Shown: positions 37,601-52,484 of the stretch, in pieces
Layout: every line of letters begins with the position of its first letter
How positions within the stretch are numbered: position 1 is the first letter of the stretch
Source: Seison nebaliae
Lineage: Eukaryota
Direction: 5' to 3'
DNA: 64,000 nucleotides
Assembly: GCA_023231475.1 (NCBI GenBank)
Contig: JALJEE010002733.1
Span: 62,001-126,000, forward strand
Translations under genes and position numbers: made by a program
The notes under the pieces: generated by a model
Databases searched by the model: none
Seen by the model: only the letters and a program-made list of their open reading frames with translations
What the model was told of the DNA's origin: nothing

Positions 37601-40600
37601 ATAGAGATCTTGTGGAAAACATTAAATATGACTCGGAAAAGAATTCATTTGTACACGATTAAGCACACAGTTCTATGGTTGGTATGATGGGATGTATATA
37701 GAATGAGGAGAAGTATTTAAGAGATAAATGATCGAAATATGAGAAATTTCGACTGATCTCCACACAGTATCTTCACTAAACGAAGAAAATATGTATGTTT
37801 TCTGAAAGAATTCACAAAATTGATAAGTTTTAATATCGGACGTTATTGTTGTTATTTTAAACATTCTTTCCTCTTCAATTCATTTGAAGAAAGTTAATGG
37901 ACGTCGAATAAAAATTAATTAAGCTACTGCATGAAATATAGTAGTATGAGAAAATATTTATGATCATTTCTTCTTTTCTCATCCATCGTTTTCGTAAATA
38001 AATGCTTATTTTAGATCTGAATAACTTTAGGCCTAATCTTATATCAACGTGTATTTCTACCGAACACACGATAAATTACGGTTAAATTCTTTATTTGAAC
38101 ATTTTAATACATTTGTAATTTTATGATGATAAATTCCACAAAACAATTGTTATCACCATTGATAAATTGTTGTTCTTCTTGTTGCTGCTGTTTGTTAGGA
38201 CACCGTTCGTTTTAGTTCGAAGTAGTTATAATAATTGATAATTTTAAAGGAAAATGGATCAAATAACAATTTTGTTTTGTTTGTTAGGATGACTAGTAGG
38301 TGGTTTTTTTTGGAGAGAATGGAAAAATATGGAATCATTCCAATGAAATGACTAAATGGAATTAATTATTCGTGTTTGATATTCTTCCCTCGCACTACCA
38401 CCTAATAATTGATAGACTTGTCCATTTTCATTTCATAGTTTTAGTATTTATAATAATTGTCCCGTTCGCTGATGATAATGATACAATAGAAACAAAACAG
38501 TATATTTTGCCGCCATTCTTCATGTTTATATACATTCCATTTTCCATATATTTCATTCATCAACATATCGATAATTGTTGTGAACCATGGCTAGTTCTAA
38601 CCGTAATACTGATGTTATTATTATGATTGTTCTTATTCTCTTTCACTCATTTATTCATAGGCCATCACTCATTCAGTCAATCATTTCTCATCTATGCTTC
38701 ACCCATACACACAGTAACAGATGGTAACAATACATGGCAACTGTGATCAACAATGTTCTAATTCCTCTCATTCATCATATCAATTTCTTTTCGGACTTCT
38801 TCTCATCCGCTACTTTTTACCATCCTCTCACTTACAGGTTCTCTGTTCCTCCATAAATATTTAGTTCTTCTTTTACACAACTTCCATGCAGTCAACACCG
38901 GCCTGTTGGGATATCTTTTACGAGTCAAATATGTAACATTCATCACGGCAAAATTTAAACGATCACTCTCATTCAGTGACCACGTATGTATACCTTACAT
39001 TTCACATAGCAGCATGACTACATGGAACCTTATCAAGAATTGTCACAACAAACGACCTCTACATAAATTTTATAGGACCAATATGAATAAATTTGTATAA
39101 ATATAATTCGTTTCTTTTTTTCAAACGAAATATTTCACTTATCTCTATTTGCCTACTGGATATGTGTTTCATATTCATAAATATACATGTTTATCAACAT
39201 CCATTTAAATACATACCGACAGTCAGATATCTCGATTGACACATGTGAGAACTACTTCTCCTAAATGTAATACGACATTCAAATTTTCATATGGTGTTTA
39301 CACTCAATTATCATATCAGGACTGAATCAAAAAAAAAATAATGAACATCATCCCGATAATAACGAAAAAGAAAGAACAACAACGACATTAAATTATCTTC
39401 ATCATTTTTTATTGTCATGATCATTATGATCATTTATATTGAATAGAATAAAAAAATACATCAGAACAATTGTCAATTGAATAGAAAATTGAAATGAAAA
39501 TTTCACGAAAATTTTTCCCTTTTCTTCCAGACATTTTTCAAATTAAAAGTAATTAATGTTGCCATGATGTTGTTCAATAACCTGTTAACTTTCTAATTCG
39601 TTTTCTTTCAAGGTTAACATCTGGTTATTTATATATTCACCTTCTAGATCAACTACACATTTATATGAACAGAAATAGCAATAGCTACTACTGTTGGTTG
39701 TGGTCGTACATGAAATAATTTTAATATCTAGCGCGACTCTTTTCTCATTTACAATCAATTTCATTAAAATAAAACGTATTTTATGCAAATAATCTGAATT
39801 TCAACGTTATATCATCTTCTATTATGATTATGTAAAGAACAAGAACAATTTTTATTGATAGACGATATTTATTAGATTTGTCTTAATTGGCGATAACAGT
39901 GAATATCTGATAAGAGATTATGATGAAAATGATTGATGAAAATGATGATTGTGATATAATTAAGTTTTTGCAAATTGTTTATTTCAATTAGCCTTTATAA
40001 GATTTAGCTAATCGAAGAAGATGTCATAACTTCTGAGTTCATCTTCATTAATCTTCCGAACAAAGGAAAATAATATAAGTGATGGGAAGATGGCGATAAT
40101 CATGATTATTATAATTATGATAAGTAGAATAATAAAGGGGAAATAATAAGTGTAATTAATGTTTGTAGTTGAATGAAAATAATGAAAAGATGGTAGATGA
40201 CGTACTTTCTTTTTACTTTTTTTCTATGTCGATTCATACGTTGAACGAAATAAACGATAATCGTTAATTGTTTCTTGATGTTATCGATAAAATAGAGAGG
40301 AATGAAATGAAATAAAAGAAAATAGCATAATGGGACAAGAAAAAAAAGTAATGCGAATGTCCATTCTTTTTTGTTTTCAATGTTCATCTTATCTCAATGA
40401 TTTCTCCGGATCCTCAGGTCTCCCCTCACCGCCCTCCACCTCGATACGCCACCTTTTTCCTACTGCTGAAATAATTTCTTTATTCTTTTTTTTTTCTTCA
40501 TTCCTACACTCTAAATTTCTTTTTTTTTACAACGTTTTTCGATTGTCATTGAAAAATTAATTAAAATTGTCAATGAAAATTTTTGAGAGGTAAAACGATT

Positions 40601-43600
40601 AAGTGACCGATCATACATTTTTTCGTTTCTTTCATAATGAACTTTTTCCAATTAACTTATTTTCTACATTACGCCTCAATTTTTATGCATAACACAAAAT
40701 TGAATAATAATTAAGTAAATTTATTAAACGTTAAGAATTTATATTGTTAGAGCTTTAAAAAGTTCAACTTGATGGTATATCGGCAATATAATCGATTCCG
40801 TTGTTGACAAAGTCTGCCTGTACCTTTGATAAGATGTTACGGATATGTTAATAGCGATTTATTCTTAGTTTATGCCATCTTTTCTAAGGTGACGATCATG
40901 TTCTTTAATATTAGAAAGGAGAAGCATTTGATGAATTGAAAGGAAGGAAGAATAGATGGAGAATAATAAAATTAGAGATGATGAAGGAAAAGAATAATCA
41001 TGAACATTTTCCGCAAATAATTTATTCGTTAACAGATATGGAGACTGAGGGTGATGATGATGATGATGGAAGTGAGTTAATGTGGAAGTTGAGTGAATTG
41101 ATATAAAAAAAGGAAAGAAACGAAGTCGTATGAATATAGAATAGTAGCACATCTGGTAACGATACGCATATAGGGTCGGTGAATTGAGGAAGAACTTAAT
41201 TAAAGAAATAAGCGAATAATAAAAGAAAAAGAAGTCGCATTGCTCGACTATTAATTCATTATCATTCTTTCGCACGTCCTTCCACTTTTTCATCAATTTC
41301 CTTTTTCTCAGTGCTCCAAAAATTTTCTTAATTTCCATTAATTTATTTAAAGAATTAAATTTGGTTCATCGCTCTATTTAGCTAATCTCCCTCCCGAAAC
41401 ATAACAACAGAAACTTAATGTTTATTTGTAACATATTTCATCACCTTAAGGAAGATTGATTAATTTTTATGGAAACTATCCAAAAAAATGAGAATATAAT
41501 AGATTATCCAGAAATCATGTCATGTTCGTGATATGACTTTTAACTTTTACGCTAAAATATAAACTTATCATTTTTATTATTATCTCGGTTTTTATCGAAA
41601 TTTTATTATGAAAATAAGTTATAAAGGAAACAGGGTAACTAACAACCCTAATCAGATAACATCATTTAACAAAAGTTTAAGAATCTAGGAACTTTCATCC
41701 GAATGGAGATTTCCCAACGATATTCGTACAAAAGTCAAATGACGAGTTTCCATGTTAGGATAAATATTTATATTCCAAAGAGAGACATCTCATATATATT
41801 AATAGTAAAATGATTGTACTAGAGAGATTTCTTAACTAACTAAATTTTTCAATAATTTTATTTTTTTTCCGTGATAAAAATTTCTCAATTATATTTTTAG
41901 GATCTCTTCCATTAACGTTAAAATTCCAAATCAGTTTAAGTATCTACACAATAGTATCTATTACGTTTGAAATTTTATTTTGTTAGTAAATATCGACAAT
42001 TTTATTTGAAAACAGTTTGAATTAATTGAGAAATAGTGATTCCATTATAAAAATATTGTTCAATTACGCTTTTTGACGTAGCAATTTCGTAGATAATACC
42101 TCCAATATATTTATGGATGGATCATCAGTTGCTAATATTTTCCTTCAGCTTCGTGAGTGTAATCGGCTTCATGATTTCTTTTTCATCTGGATGGAAGGTT
42201 ATGTTTCCCCTTTTCGACACCAACCAGATGATCATTTGTTTTCAATGGTTTTTTACGTTGTGTCTGTTTTCGTCGACATGAGGAATAAAACAATCTTTTT
42301 TTATTCTTATTATACCTGTTTTTATGAAATGAGAACTGTTTAGAAACCAATTACATTTCCATTTTTTGTGAAACATGTGGTAAAATGGTGGACAATTGTC
42401 CCGTTTATTGATATGGTCAATATTAAAAAGATATGGTTTATTAACTGTCAAAAATAAGATTACCGTTATACCATAAAGTTGTGACACTAAAAATTTTAAG
42501 TTTTGAACCAAAAATTATAGTACTGTAAATCAATTTCAGAGAGGTATTTTCGGGAATTATTAAAATTATCCAAAAATAAGAGTGTCTTTAAATTAAAGTT
42601 GAGATTTGTTCAAATCTTAATATTGTAATAAATTTCTAATATTTATCTCCGCATTGTGGAAATGCTGGAAAAGTTCTTGTTGGATTAACGGTTATGAGAG
42701 ATTGGTTTGTAATCTTTGAGATTGAACCATTAACTCAAATCCATCATTCAACTATAATACAATTCGATAGTATTGAGAATGGTGTTGGGGTTTATAAGTC
42801 TTCTCCTGAGAAATAACCATATCGTCTGTATAGGAATGAAACATCTGAAAGAAATTAAAATGATTGTTAATTTTACATAATATATATTCCAATTAAAACA
42901 AATCTCACAAGTCAGTTTAATATGTATAAATTCGATTTGATGAGGAAATTTATTTATATGTTATATAAATAGATATTTATAGATATTTCCTTTATGAACA
43001 TAAGCGAATATGTATATACAGTATATTAGCATCTCTCAGAATTTACCCACTATAATACATACTAACAGAATGGTATATCTTTTTTGAGCTATCGATACTT
43101 GAGTTATTCTATTGATCAATGAAAAACAATACGAATTTAGCAATAACTGATTGAAGAATAAGATATAATGTAATAGAATATTTGCATGGAAAACGGATCC
43201 GTTCCTCCATTACCTTCAGGGTTGGAAGGAATGGTAGAAAATAGGTAGAAAATTGTTTTGATATTTCAAGTTTAAATCCGTTTTTCAACTTATTTTTTAA
43301 ACAATGTAAATTTCTGCACCGCTTTTTTCCCGTGTTGATGGGAACGAAATATGGGAGAAATATTCTATTGGTTTATTTTGTTTCTATTCTTTTTTTACAT
43401 ATAATCGATTAACAAATATCGATAAAAAATTATTATTGACATAATGTTACTTCTAAACCAAATGAGAACGATAACTTAAGAAGAAAGGTTTTATAAACTT
43501 ATTTAACCTTTCTATCCTTTTGACAAGGACGAGAATTACGAGATAATAAATTAAAATCCTTCTTTTGAGCGTACTTTCTCGAATCTTTCATTTCTGTCAC

Positions 43601-46600
43601 CTGTCATCATGATCAGTTTTGATGATGATAATCAAAAATTTTAACTAACAATTCTACTGTCAAATAAACAATAACAATGGTTTTCACTGTCAATTTGATC
43701 GTATTGAAACTTTTATACTAAGTTTCAATAATCAATTTTTATTCAATTACATAATCACTTTATCATCCATTTCATTTGTCAACAATTCAACTGATCAACC
43801 TAATATTTTTTATCATCTTTCTTCCTAGTTTATTTCTTCAAATAAATTTCTAAGGAAAATAAAATTTCATATATAATTCATAAAATCACTTTCATCATGT
43901 GAATCATATCATGATATGAACATTTTTTGAAATTTATAAATTTTCAATACAAAAAAACAACATTTCATTTTCCTTCAATAATTTTACCGATATTCCATTG
44001 AATTATGCAAATCAATATGATGTTACAGTAGCGAATTAATTAGATTGGATTTAAAAATAATATTTGAGAACCGTAAAAAACGAAGAAAATTTATTTGAGA
44101 CTTGTTTTTTTTTTCTCATTAGACTGATGTTTTTTCTTATAATTGTTTCATCTTAATTGATATGCAGGAATATGAATTGTTTATAAATGAAGAAGAAATT
44201 AAGAAAAAGTGAAAATTATCCGCCATATAAATAATTTGGTAATAGATAGAGTATATTATGACAGAGTATCGATGGATGACATACGAGAGAAAAGATTCTT
44301 TTATTCCATCGACCATTTTTCCTCATCTCCCATATTATAAATATTGACAATTGATAATGAATGAGTTATGCCACTTATTTTTGCGGTTATTTCTCTTCCA
44401 CACTAGAATGCATTAGAAATAGTCAAACAAAAATAATTTCCTTTATTCTCATTCCAACTATTGACATTTATCAATTTTCTTTATTCTCATCTTTAATTTG
44501 ACAGGAATGATGTTCAGCATCTACGTCTCCTACCATGCACGAGTACTACTCGACAATTTCATTAACTTTATTACTTTATTTGGGGGAGAGCGAACGTTGT
44601 AATTATTTACAATGTTTTTCTTCTTCTTTTTTTTTCAAAAACTATTTTTACCCTAATTCGAATGAGAGACAAGTTGTATATTTTCGGTATTAACCGCATA
44701 TCATATGACAAGTTTTCCTCGAAGAAATTGTTTCTTGTTCGTCCCAAGATATAAAACAATCCGAATGTTAGAGAAGTGATTGTTCGATTTCCCGAAATGG
44801 AAAACTATTTACTATCTGTTAAGTCACGACCGGAAAATTAAAATTAAAGAGATCAAACCGATGGTTTCGTTCGATACCTTTTTCAACCGATAGTAAGTAC
44901 GACGACAGAAGTGAAAGTGTGAATGAGACGAAAAAGACCAAAAATTCGATTTGACAACGTGCTCATTGGAGCAACAGGTCACCGACAACCTGGGTAATTT
45001 GTTGTATATCAAATGGAATATTTCATGAAGAAAATGGACGACTACTATTACCACCACTGTAGTCCTATTAGATATTGATGGAGGAAAAGACGATTTATAT
45101 CGAAACAATGGTTCGTCACATTTCTATTCATTTGAGATTACATAGTAGTAGGTTGCGATTTAGGAATTAATGATTATTTGATATCGTTTTATTATATGTT
45201 CTCGTTCATTCGTTCATTTATGAATAAATAAATGTCGAGAATATGAATGTTGTTATGAATATAAACAGTAGTTTTTTATTCGTCTGCATCCATGTAACTG
45301 ACGAGAATGGTAATGTTTCCCTTTGAACTATCTATTATGTGTACGGTCACCTTATTTTGTTTATATTGAAGCGCGCTAAATATCGAACAAACAAATAATT
45401 GAATGTCGAATTGATGAGTGAGGAATGTTTGGTGCAACGTTTTAACATTCACTACGTCTTTCAATTGAACATTTCAAACTGTTTCTGAAATCAATTCTAC
45501 TATGAGTACACATATTTGGAAAGTGATTCCGTTTGAAAGAGAATTATGTAATAATTATTCTTAATTAAACATAATAATATTAGGAAATCAGATAAGAAAT
45601 GAGATATTATTATTTTATTTTTTCTTATGACTTCCTGTCCACTTCTCTCACACCTAACATCCAGTCGAACATCAGTCTGTTCCTTCAATAATGTCCATAC
45701 AACTCCACGATAGGGACATTAAATAATATAATAATGTATCTCCGACAACGAGTGGTTTGAACGTAAATTAAAAATAAATTAACTCAACGGGTTAGTTAGA
45801 TGGTATTGCGAAAAAATTTATTTATTATGTAATTTCGATTCATATCAATACATTGTCTACATGGAAACATCTACCTATCGAAATATATTGTGGTCTCTAT
45901 TGCTCATACGAATTATTTTTATTAATCTGTTTTCTTTTCATCAAATGCTAAAATAAACCACAGAATATATTCCTTTAAAAAATATGGTGATCATTCATCA
46001 TTTGAAGTAGAGGTTAGACGAATCATGAGTACATATTTCCATATTATGCATCACTATTGCAACCACGTAAGTGCAGTCGATGCAAATGTAATAAGAGTCG
46101 ATTCATTCATAAATATGAATTCCTCTTCCAACCTGATATATGTTCACCATATGAAGGCGATATGCTATGAGTAAATAGGAAAAGTATCGTTGTTTTTTTT
46201 ACCCACCAAAAGAATGTTTGACCATTCGCTATTTTTCGACGATAATGCTACCACGTTAACTTAAACTTTCCTTTCAGTTGTTGTTTATTAATAATTCGTT
46301 TTAAATATTCTCTCTCTATTTTCTCCCACAAAAAATCGCACTTCATTTTTGTGTTTATTAAAAGAAAGAAAGATTATGGAATGTTGAAGATTCTTATTAG
46401 GAAATTCCTCGATTATTTTCATTTTTCACGATAATGTTATGTCGTTGAAAATGTTTGTGGTTATTCTTTCAAAATATTTCCTCCTTCTTCATAATCGTGC
46501 TAGATTCGACTCATCATTCTTTGATCTTTTTCAAATTATTCTCAGCTAACTTCCTCATCAATTAAACAATTATAATTTAAGAATTATCATTTATGATTAC

Positions 46601-47722
46601 GTTTTTTCGTCTTAATCAGAAACTAGTACGAAACACTCTATTAGACGAGAGACGATGGGGAGAAGATAATGAACGAAAAGATGATTATCCACTAGCACCT
46701 ATCACCTTCAACCTCTCACAGCCAAAAAACCAGAGGAAAGAGGAAGTATTTATGATGATTTTATTGGTTTTACTTTCATTAGGCGGAAAATTAAATTTTT
46801 GCTTTATATTCGCATTTTCCGACCACATTTACTCGTCCCTTTTGAAGGGAAGTGGCCCATCGTCTTAAGCAATTTTCTCTTTATTTTTCACTCCTCTTAT
46901 TTCCATTATTTTCCAAATGATTTTTACTGAACTAGCCAATATTCTTCAATCAATTTATTAATTAACATTATCAACATTCCTTAAAATTTGTTCCTGATAC
47001 TGCATTTAATTTAACAGTAAAAGAAGGTAAAAATATAATTTGGTTTGAAGAAATTCTGATGAATAATATCATATACCATAAAAGTTTCTTCCAAAACTCT
47101 TTTAGAAATCAACTTATAATCAATATTGGAAAAAAAAGAGGATATGTTTGAACTTTTCATTTTGTTCGTACGACATTTGGACATCTTTCATATATCTATG
47201 GGGAGAAAGTTTTTCTGATTCATTCCAATTCGTTATGGGAAGGAAAGAATTGGACTGAGAAATGAATGATGAATGATTCCAAATATCAAATGAGATGTCT
47301 AATTATAATTTATTTTATTTCTTTATTTATTATCTCATTCATGTTGCCAAAAAATTGTTACGTCATCATAATTCTTTATCATGTTCAATTGTTGTTCCGT
47401 TTTCTCATTAGTCATAGAAATGAAAAAGAAATTTCCTTTTTTTTTGAACCATCAAAAGAAGATTTATTTATGTCGAGCATACTAATACTATCATTGACAT
47501 GCGGCAAACTCTTTACAATACCACCCTTCCTATTTCTCTTATCGTTTTATCATTTATTTGAATTGATGAATTTCCAAAGAATAATCTTTTATATTTTTTA
47601 TGAACGGTGAAGAAGTGTTTGTGCTTCTCATGTTCATTCAATGATCTGTTCTTTCTTAATGAGAAATAATTGATTATTATATAATTTTGAACAAAAGTTC
47701 TATTATAAGAATTTCTCGCCTT

Positions 47723-47736
47723 GTTGCCATGGTTAC
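47723..47736. promoter_or_regulatory. RFX X-box (near-perfect)
   Basis: GTTGCCATGGTTAC. Confidence 0.5.
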
Positions 47737-50700
47737 CAAGTCTTTATTCATTCATTTCAAATTGAATGATGATACGAAGATATTTAAATGAACTTGTTAA
47801 ATATATATCTTCCGTTTCAAACGGAAACAATTTTATGTAATTCGTTTATGGAAGGAGGAGAGGATACCTGATCAGATACAAAATATTCCGCCATAACGGT
47901 AAATACGTTTCTTCTTAAATCTCTCGGTTACGTCAAGACCACATTAACTGCATAATTAGTTCTTGTTGGATGAAAATCGGATAGTTCTTATTCCACTCCT
48001 ACAACGGCTTTGTGGTTCATTGCACATTTGGGAATTATATAGACGAAACGAAAGGAGAAAATAAAAGAAACTTCTCAAAGAAGATTCCACCTTATTCGTG
48101 AACAAAATTCTTATTATAGTATTGTAGTATTTTATATGTAATTGATACATTTCACTAATGTTTGATGTATGTGATCTGACGTGATTGGGAGAATGTTTCA
48201 TTTCGATAATTCTCATTAAAATGGATCATCTCTTCAACAATTTCTTCCAGTTATTTCTTCGAGATCTCTCCTTTCTTCTTTTCCACTGCAATTCCTATCT
48301 AAACAGTTTACTCTCAACTGAAACTTATTTGTTTAACTTAACTTCGTCAAGAAATCAAATCGATTTCCATCGAATGAAATATCGAACTCTATTCTTTCTT
48401 TAGCACTCTATCCACCTGTCAATACTTCTCAATTGTTTTCATTTACTAAAAAATTTACTTAAATTTTTTTTAGAACTTCATTTAAAACAAAAACTTTTTG
48501 GAATTTAAATATTCCAATTAATCTACGTAACAATTTATTTGGTGATGCAATTGAATGACAGATAATCATAAGAATTTTTTTGAATTTATATTGTTTTCTT
48601 ATGAGAATAAATATCTTTCCTTATTGAATTATAAAGTTATTGAGTTTATTTATTGAACTTCTATTAACAAATCAGTATTGCTTGGAGAGATGCTGTTGTT
48701 GTTTGATTAAGTGGGACAATTCGTATATGGAAGTGGATCGATTTGAGTAGAGTGTAATAATCAATGTAATAATAGGAATCAATGAATATATCGATTGTTC
48801 GATGGATCGATTTGTTTTAATTTAATTCTTTCTTCGCCTCACACAATTCTTCTGATTGTTACGAGTCAAAAAGAAGAAGAACGATTAATCTGCACTCAAT
48901 TTCCGCATATTATTTGATGGACGTGTAAGTTCAAATCAGATATTCGCCTTATGAGAAAATTAACCATAAGATTGAAGAAAAATAAACGGAATTAACTGTG
49001 AGATAAGAATGAATGATGCAATCGGAAAAAATGGAAATTATCATTCTTTTGTTATGAAACGATAAAGAATCTTAATTCAGATAAAGAATAGTATGTGGCA
49101 CTGCTCCTGATTCCACATAACAACTTAATTATTGTACATCGTGTCATTGTTAATTGACAACTATTATTTGTCGATGTTTTATTGTAAAATCAGAATTCTT
49201 TCAATTCATTTCACCATCTCCCTACAATTGTGTTAACCAAAATATTAATGGGAAATAGATCTACTATCCTTCGATTACTAACTACGTAAATGACGTACAT
49301 GAAAAAGAATTCATTAGAATTACATCGAAAGTATTTGGGGAGTGGTGGAAATTAAATCATATTATTCCCAATAATGAATGATAAAGTGGTAGCAGTGGCA
49401 TGAGTAATAGTAGTAGTTCCTTTATTTCGTCTTCGAGGAATTTCAACAAGTTTTCCAGGAAAACTCTTCCTTTTTCTCCTCCTGCTCTACATCATCCTCT
49501 CTTGTAGTCTATCGACTTCATTAATTCCAACACATTCCTTTCCTTTCCCTTCATTTTCGAGTGGCGCAAAAATAAAAATTAATAATAATTAGTCGATTCC
49601 TTTCGTCCTCTATGCCAATAAGAAAACGGTGCTGATGTGGTGGTAGTAGTCGACACAACTCTAGTCTAATCGGCAATTTGATAGATTAACAAATATTTGA
49701 CAAATATCAATCATATTTCCGTCTTTCTCTACCACCAACCAATTCTTCTCTGGCCCCTCACCATTACTAACTGCTAGCGTTGGAAAAAAGCCACATAATT
49801 GCGTGATAATAGCCAGATGGATTGAATCGTTTCTTGTTCGGCGAAAAAAGAATGACGATAATAATTAATAGATAAATTTAATCATGTTCTGTTTGTGTCA
49901 TACAACACAATTGTGTACAAGTTAGAAATGAGAAAATGTAAAGAGTTAAATTAATGATCATTTATTATGTCATTAAAGTGCTAAAGAAAGTGATTAATGA
50001 GCAAAGATTATTTCCCAATCTTCAACTGCTCATTTTTAGTTTGTTCCTTTCAAATTTCTGTGAAGATTTCTTTTCCTTTTGGTTCTTCTTTCACAAATTG
50101 ACAATTAAACGTTTCTTTTTTGTCTTATTAGCTAACGAACTCATCATATCATATCATATGTTGTTATATTGTGATGGATGACATTTGCGGAGACAATTGT
50201 TTATAAAATAACAACGATCGTATGACAATATTCTATCGATATTACGTTTTTCTTTTTATTTATATATCACAATCTCATTTTTAGTGATTTACAGGTATTC
50301 TCCTTTCATTTCCATTCATTCATTTTAACATTTACACTTGTGTTGCATATATCGTCAAAATGATAAGTTTACTGGATTATTCTAATCGATGTAAGATAGT
50401 GAGATATAAATTATTTCAAATGTCCGAAAACTAAATTTTGTGAAGAGGAAGTTTTTTTTTCGTTCATAACGTGAATTTGAAGTGAGATTTCAATTTTAAT
50501 TATGTTTCACCTTAATCATTCTCGTCAAAAACATTAACATTACTCATAAGTGTTAATTTGAATTTACTTTTATATTCCCAGTGGTTCATCGTTGCTAGTA
50601 TAAGATGAGTTTATAATTCAGAGACGTATAATAATATCATTATCCGTCTTCTTTCCATTTTTCTTCAAACTTTCATTACTCTATCCGATGTGACTAGTTC

Positions 50701-52456
50701 AGTTCAAGTTTTACATAAAACTCTCTCGAGAACAAACATATCATATTGAATCTTCAAACAAGTTTTGTGAGGAGGATGAAAATTCATCAATTCGTTCCAA
50801 CCATTTCATTTCGTGCTCATTCCTTTTGTTACGATCTCCCAAATCTGAATTGAACTGTCAAGTCATCTAGGATAAACTAACGAAGGTCAGGAAGGTCGTT
50901 CGAGGTACGATGACTTCTCATAAATTACTTATTTCTTCTTTATTAATTTTTAGTTGTTACCATGTATCATTCTGAATTCATTAGTTGATGATTACAAAAT
51001 ATGAATAAATCAGGTTCATTATGTAAAATAGAATTAATTCAATATATATGTTTTAAAGGAATCATATTTATGATCTTCCAAAAAGGACAATAATCTTCAA
51101 AACATAACAAATCGTTAATATGAGTATTTAAATTGTATTCAAATTGTATTATCAGATCAAAATTAGATATTATAACATTGAACAATCATTAACCATCAAT
51201 AATCGAATAGATTTACTTAAGTTCGTTTATAATTATCAGATATGTTTTTATAGTTTCTCAAAATTTAAAAATAATTTCCTTTTTTGAAAATGGAACTATC
51301 GACAAAGGAAAAATACAAAAGAAAATATTTAAAAAGATAACATCTTGATAAATATAAGTACTCATTAATCGAAATGTAACTATGTATAACTAAATTATTG
51401 ATGATATATATTGATTAGATGTGGGAGATTTCAAATTAGAACTATTACATCATCATCATTCATTTCATCCTTTAAAAGTTTTAACTAATTCTTTAAAGTA
51501 ACTGTGTGTTGGTCTGGTTGAGGCAAATTCGCTGCTCAATTGATTGATTGAAAACGATGTGGTGACCTTTGAGAAGAAATAAGTGATAAATAATTGTTCA
51601 ATCTTTACAAGCATAATGATAATGATGCGAATTTGGAGATCGTTCATTTAGATAATAAAATATCATAATTATCGAACATACTCCTTTGATAAGAGATTTA
51701 TAAAAATTCTGTATTTTTCTTTAAATGATGGAAAAGAACAATATTCTTATCAATTATTACTTGAAAAGAGATGATCTTATTGTGTATTTGACATAAGATT
51801 AATGAGTCGAACGATCTAATAATGTTTTATGTTAGTTGCGAGTGTGATCGATACACAACATAGCGCATGTAGCTGGGTTGGGAGACTAGATAAGTATCAG
51901 AAGAAAAGTATTAGATGAAAATGGTAAACGATTTAATTTGACCTTCTTCTAACGACCGATGAGGTAAGTATTGTTGGGAGAAAAAGTATTTCAAGATAAT
52001 AGTTCAATATTATTTGAAACAATCTCGAAAATGAGAGATTCCGAAATTAATATCTTCATTCATTTTCAAACGAATATCGATGAGAGAATTAAGGGAATTA
52101 TCTTTCAAATTATACAAACTTTTTTTACAACTATTTTCCTTCAATTAAAGAATTGAAGGAATTAGATGAAATGAAAACAATTAATAATTATTCGTGAAAT
52201 AATATTATTCATTTCATCGTCGAATTCCATCAGATAAATGATGTAATTTGATGTAATTAAATTTCGTCCCTGAAAGTATTGTCTTTCTACTATTATCATC
52301 CCTTTATTATTATTTTTTTCACCAAAATTAATAATTAATTTTTTCTTTTCTTTCCTTTTGATTAACTATCCACCATTTTCGTCAATATATCTATAATCTT
52401 CCTTCAAATTGAATATAATTCCTTCATTCTCTCACTCTCGTCCTGTCTCTATTTCT

Positions 52457-52484
52457 GTGTGTGTTTGTGTGTGTGTGTGTGTGT
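52457..52484. repeat. (GT)n microsatellite
   Basis: Direct reading. Confidence 0.9.
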
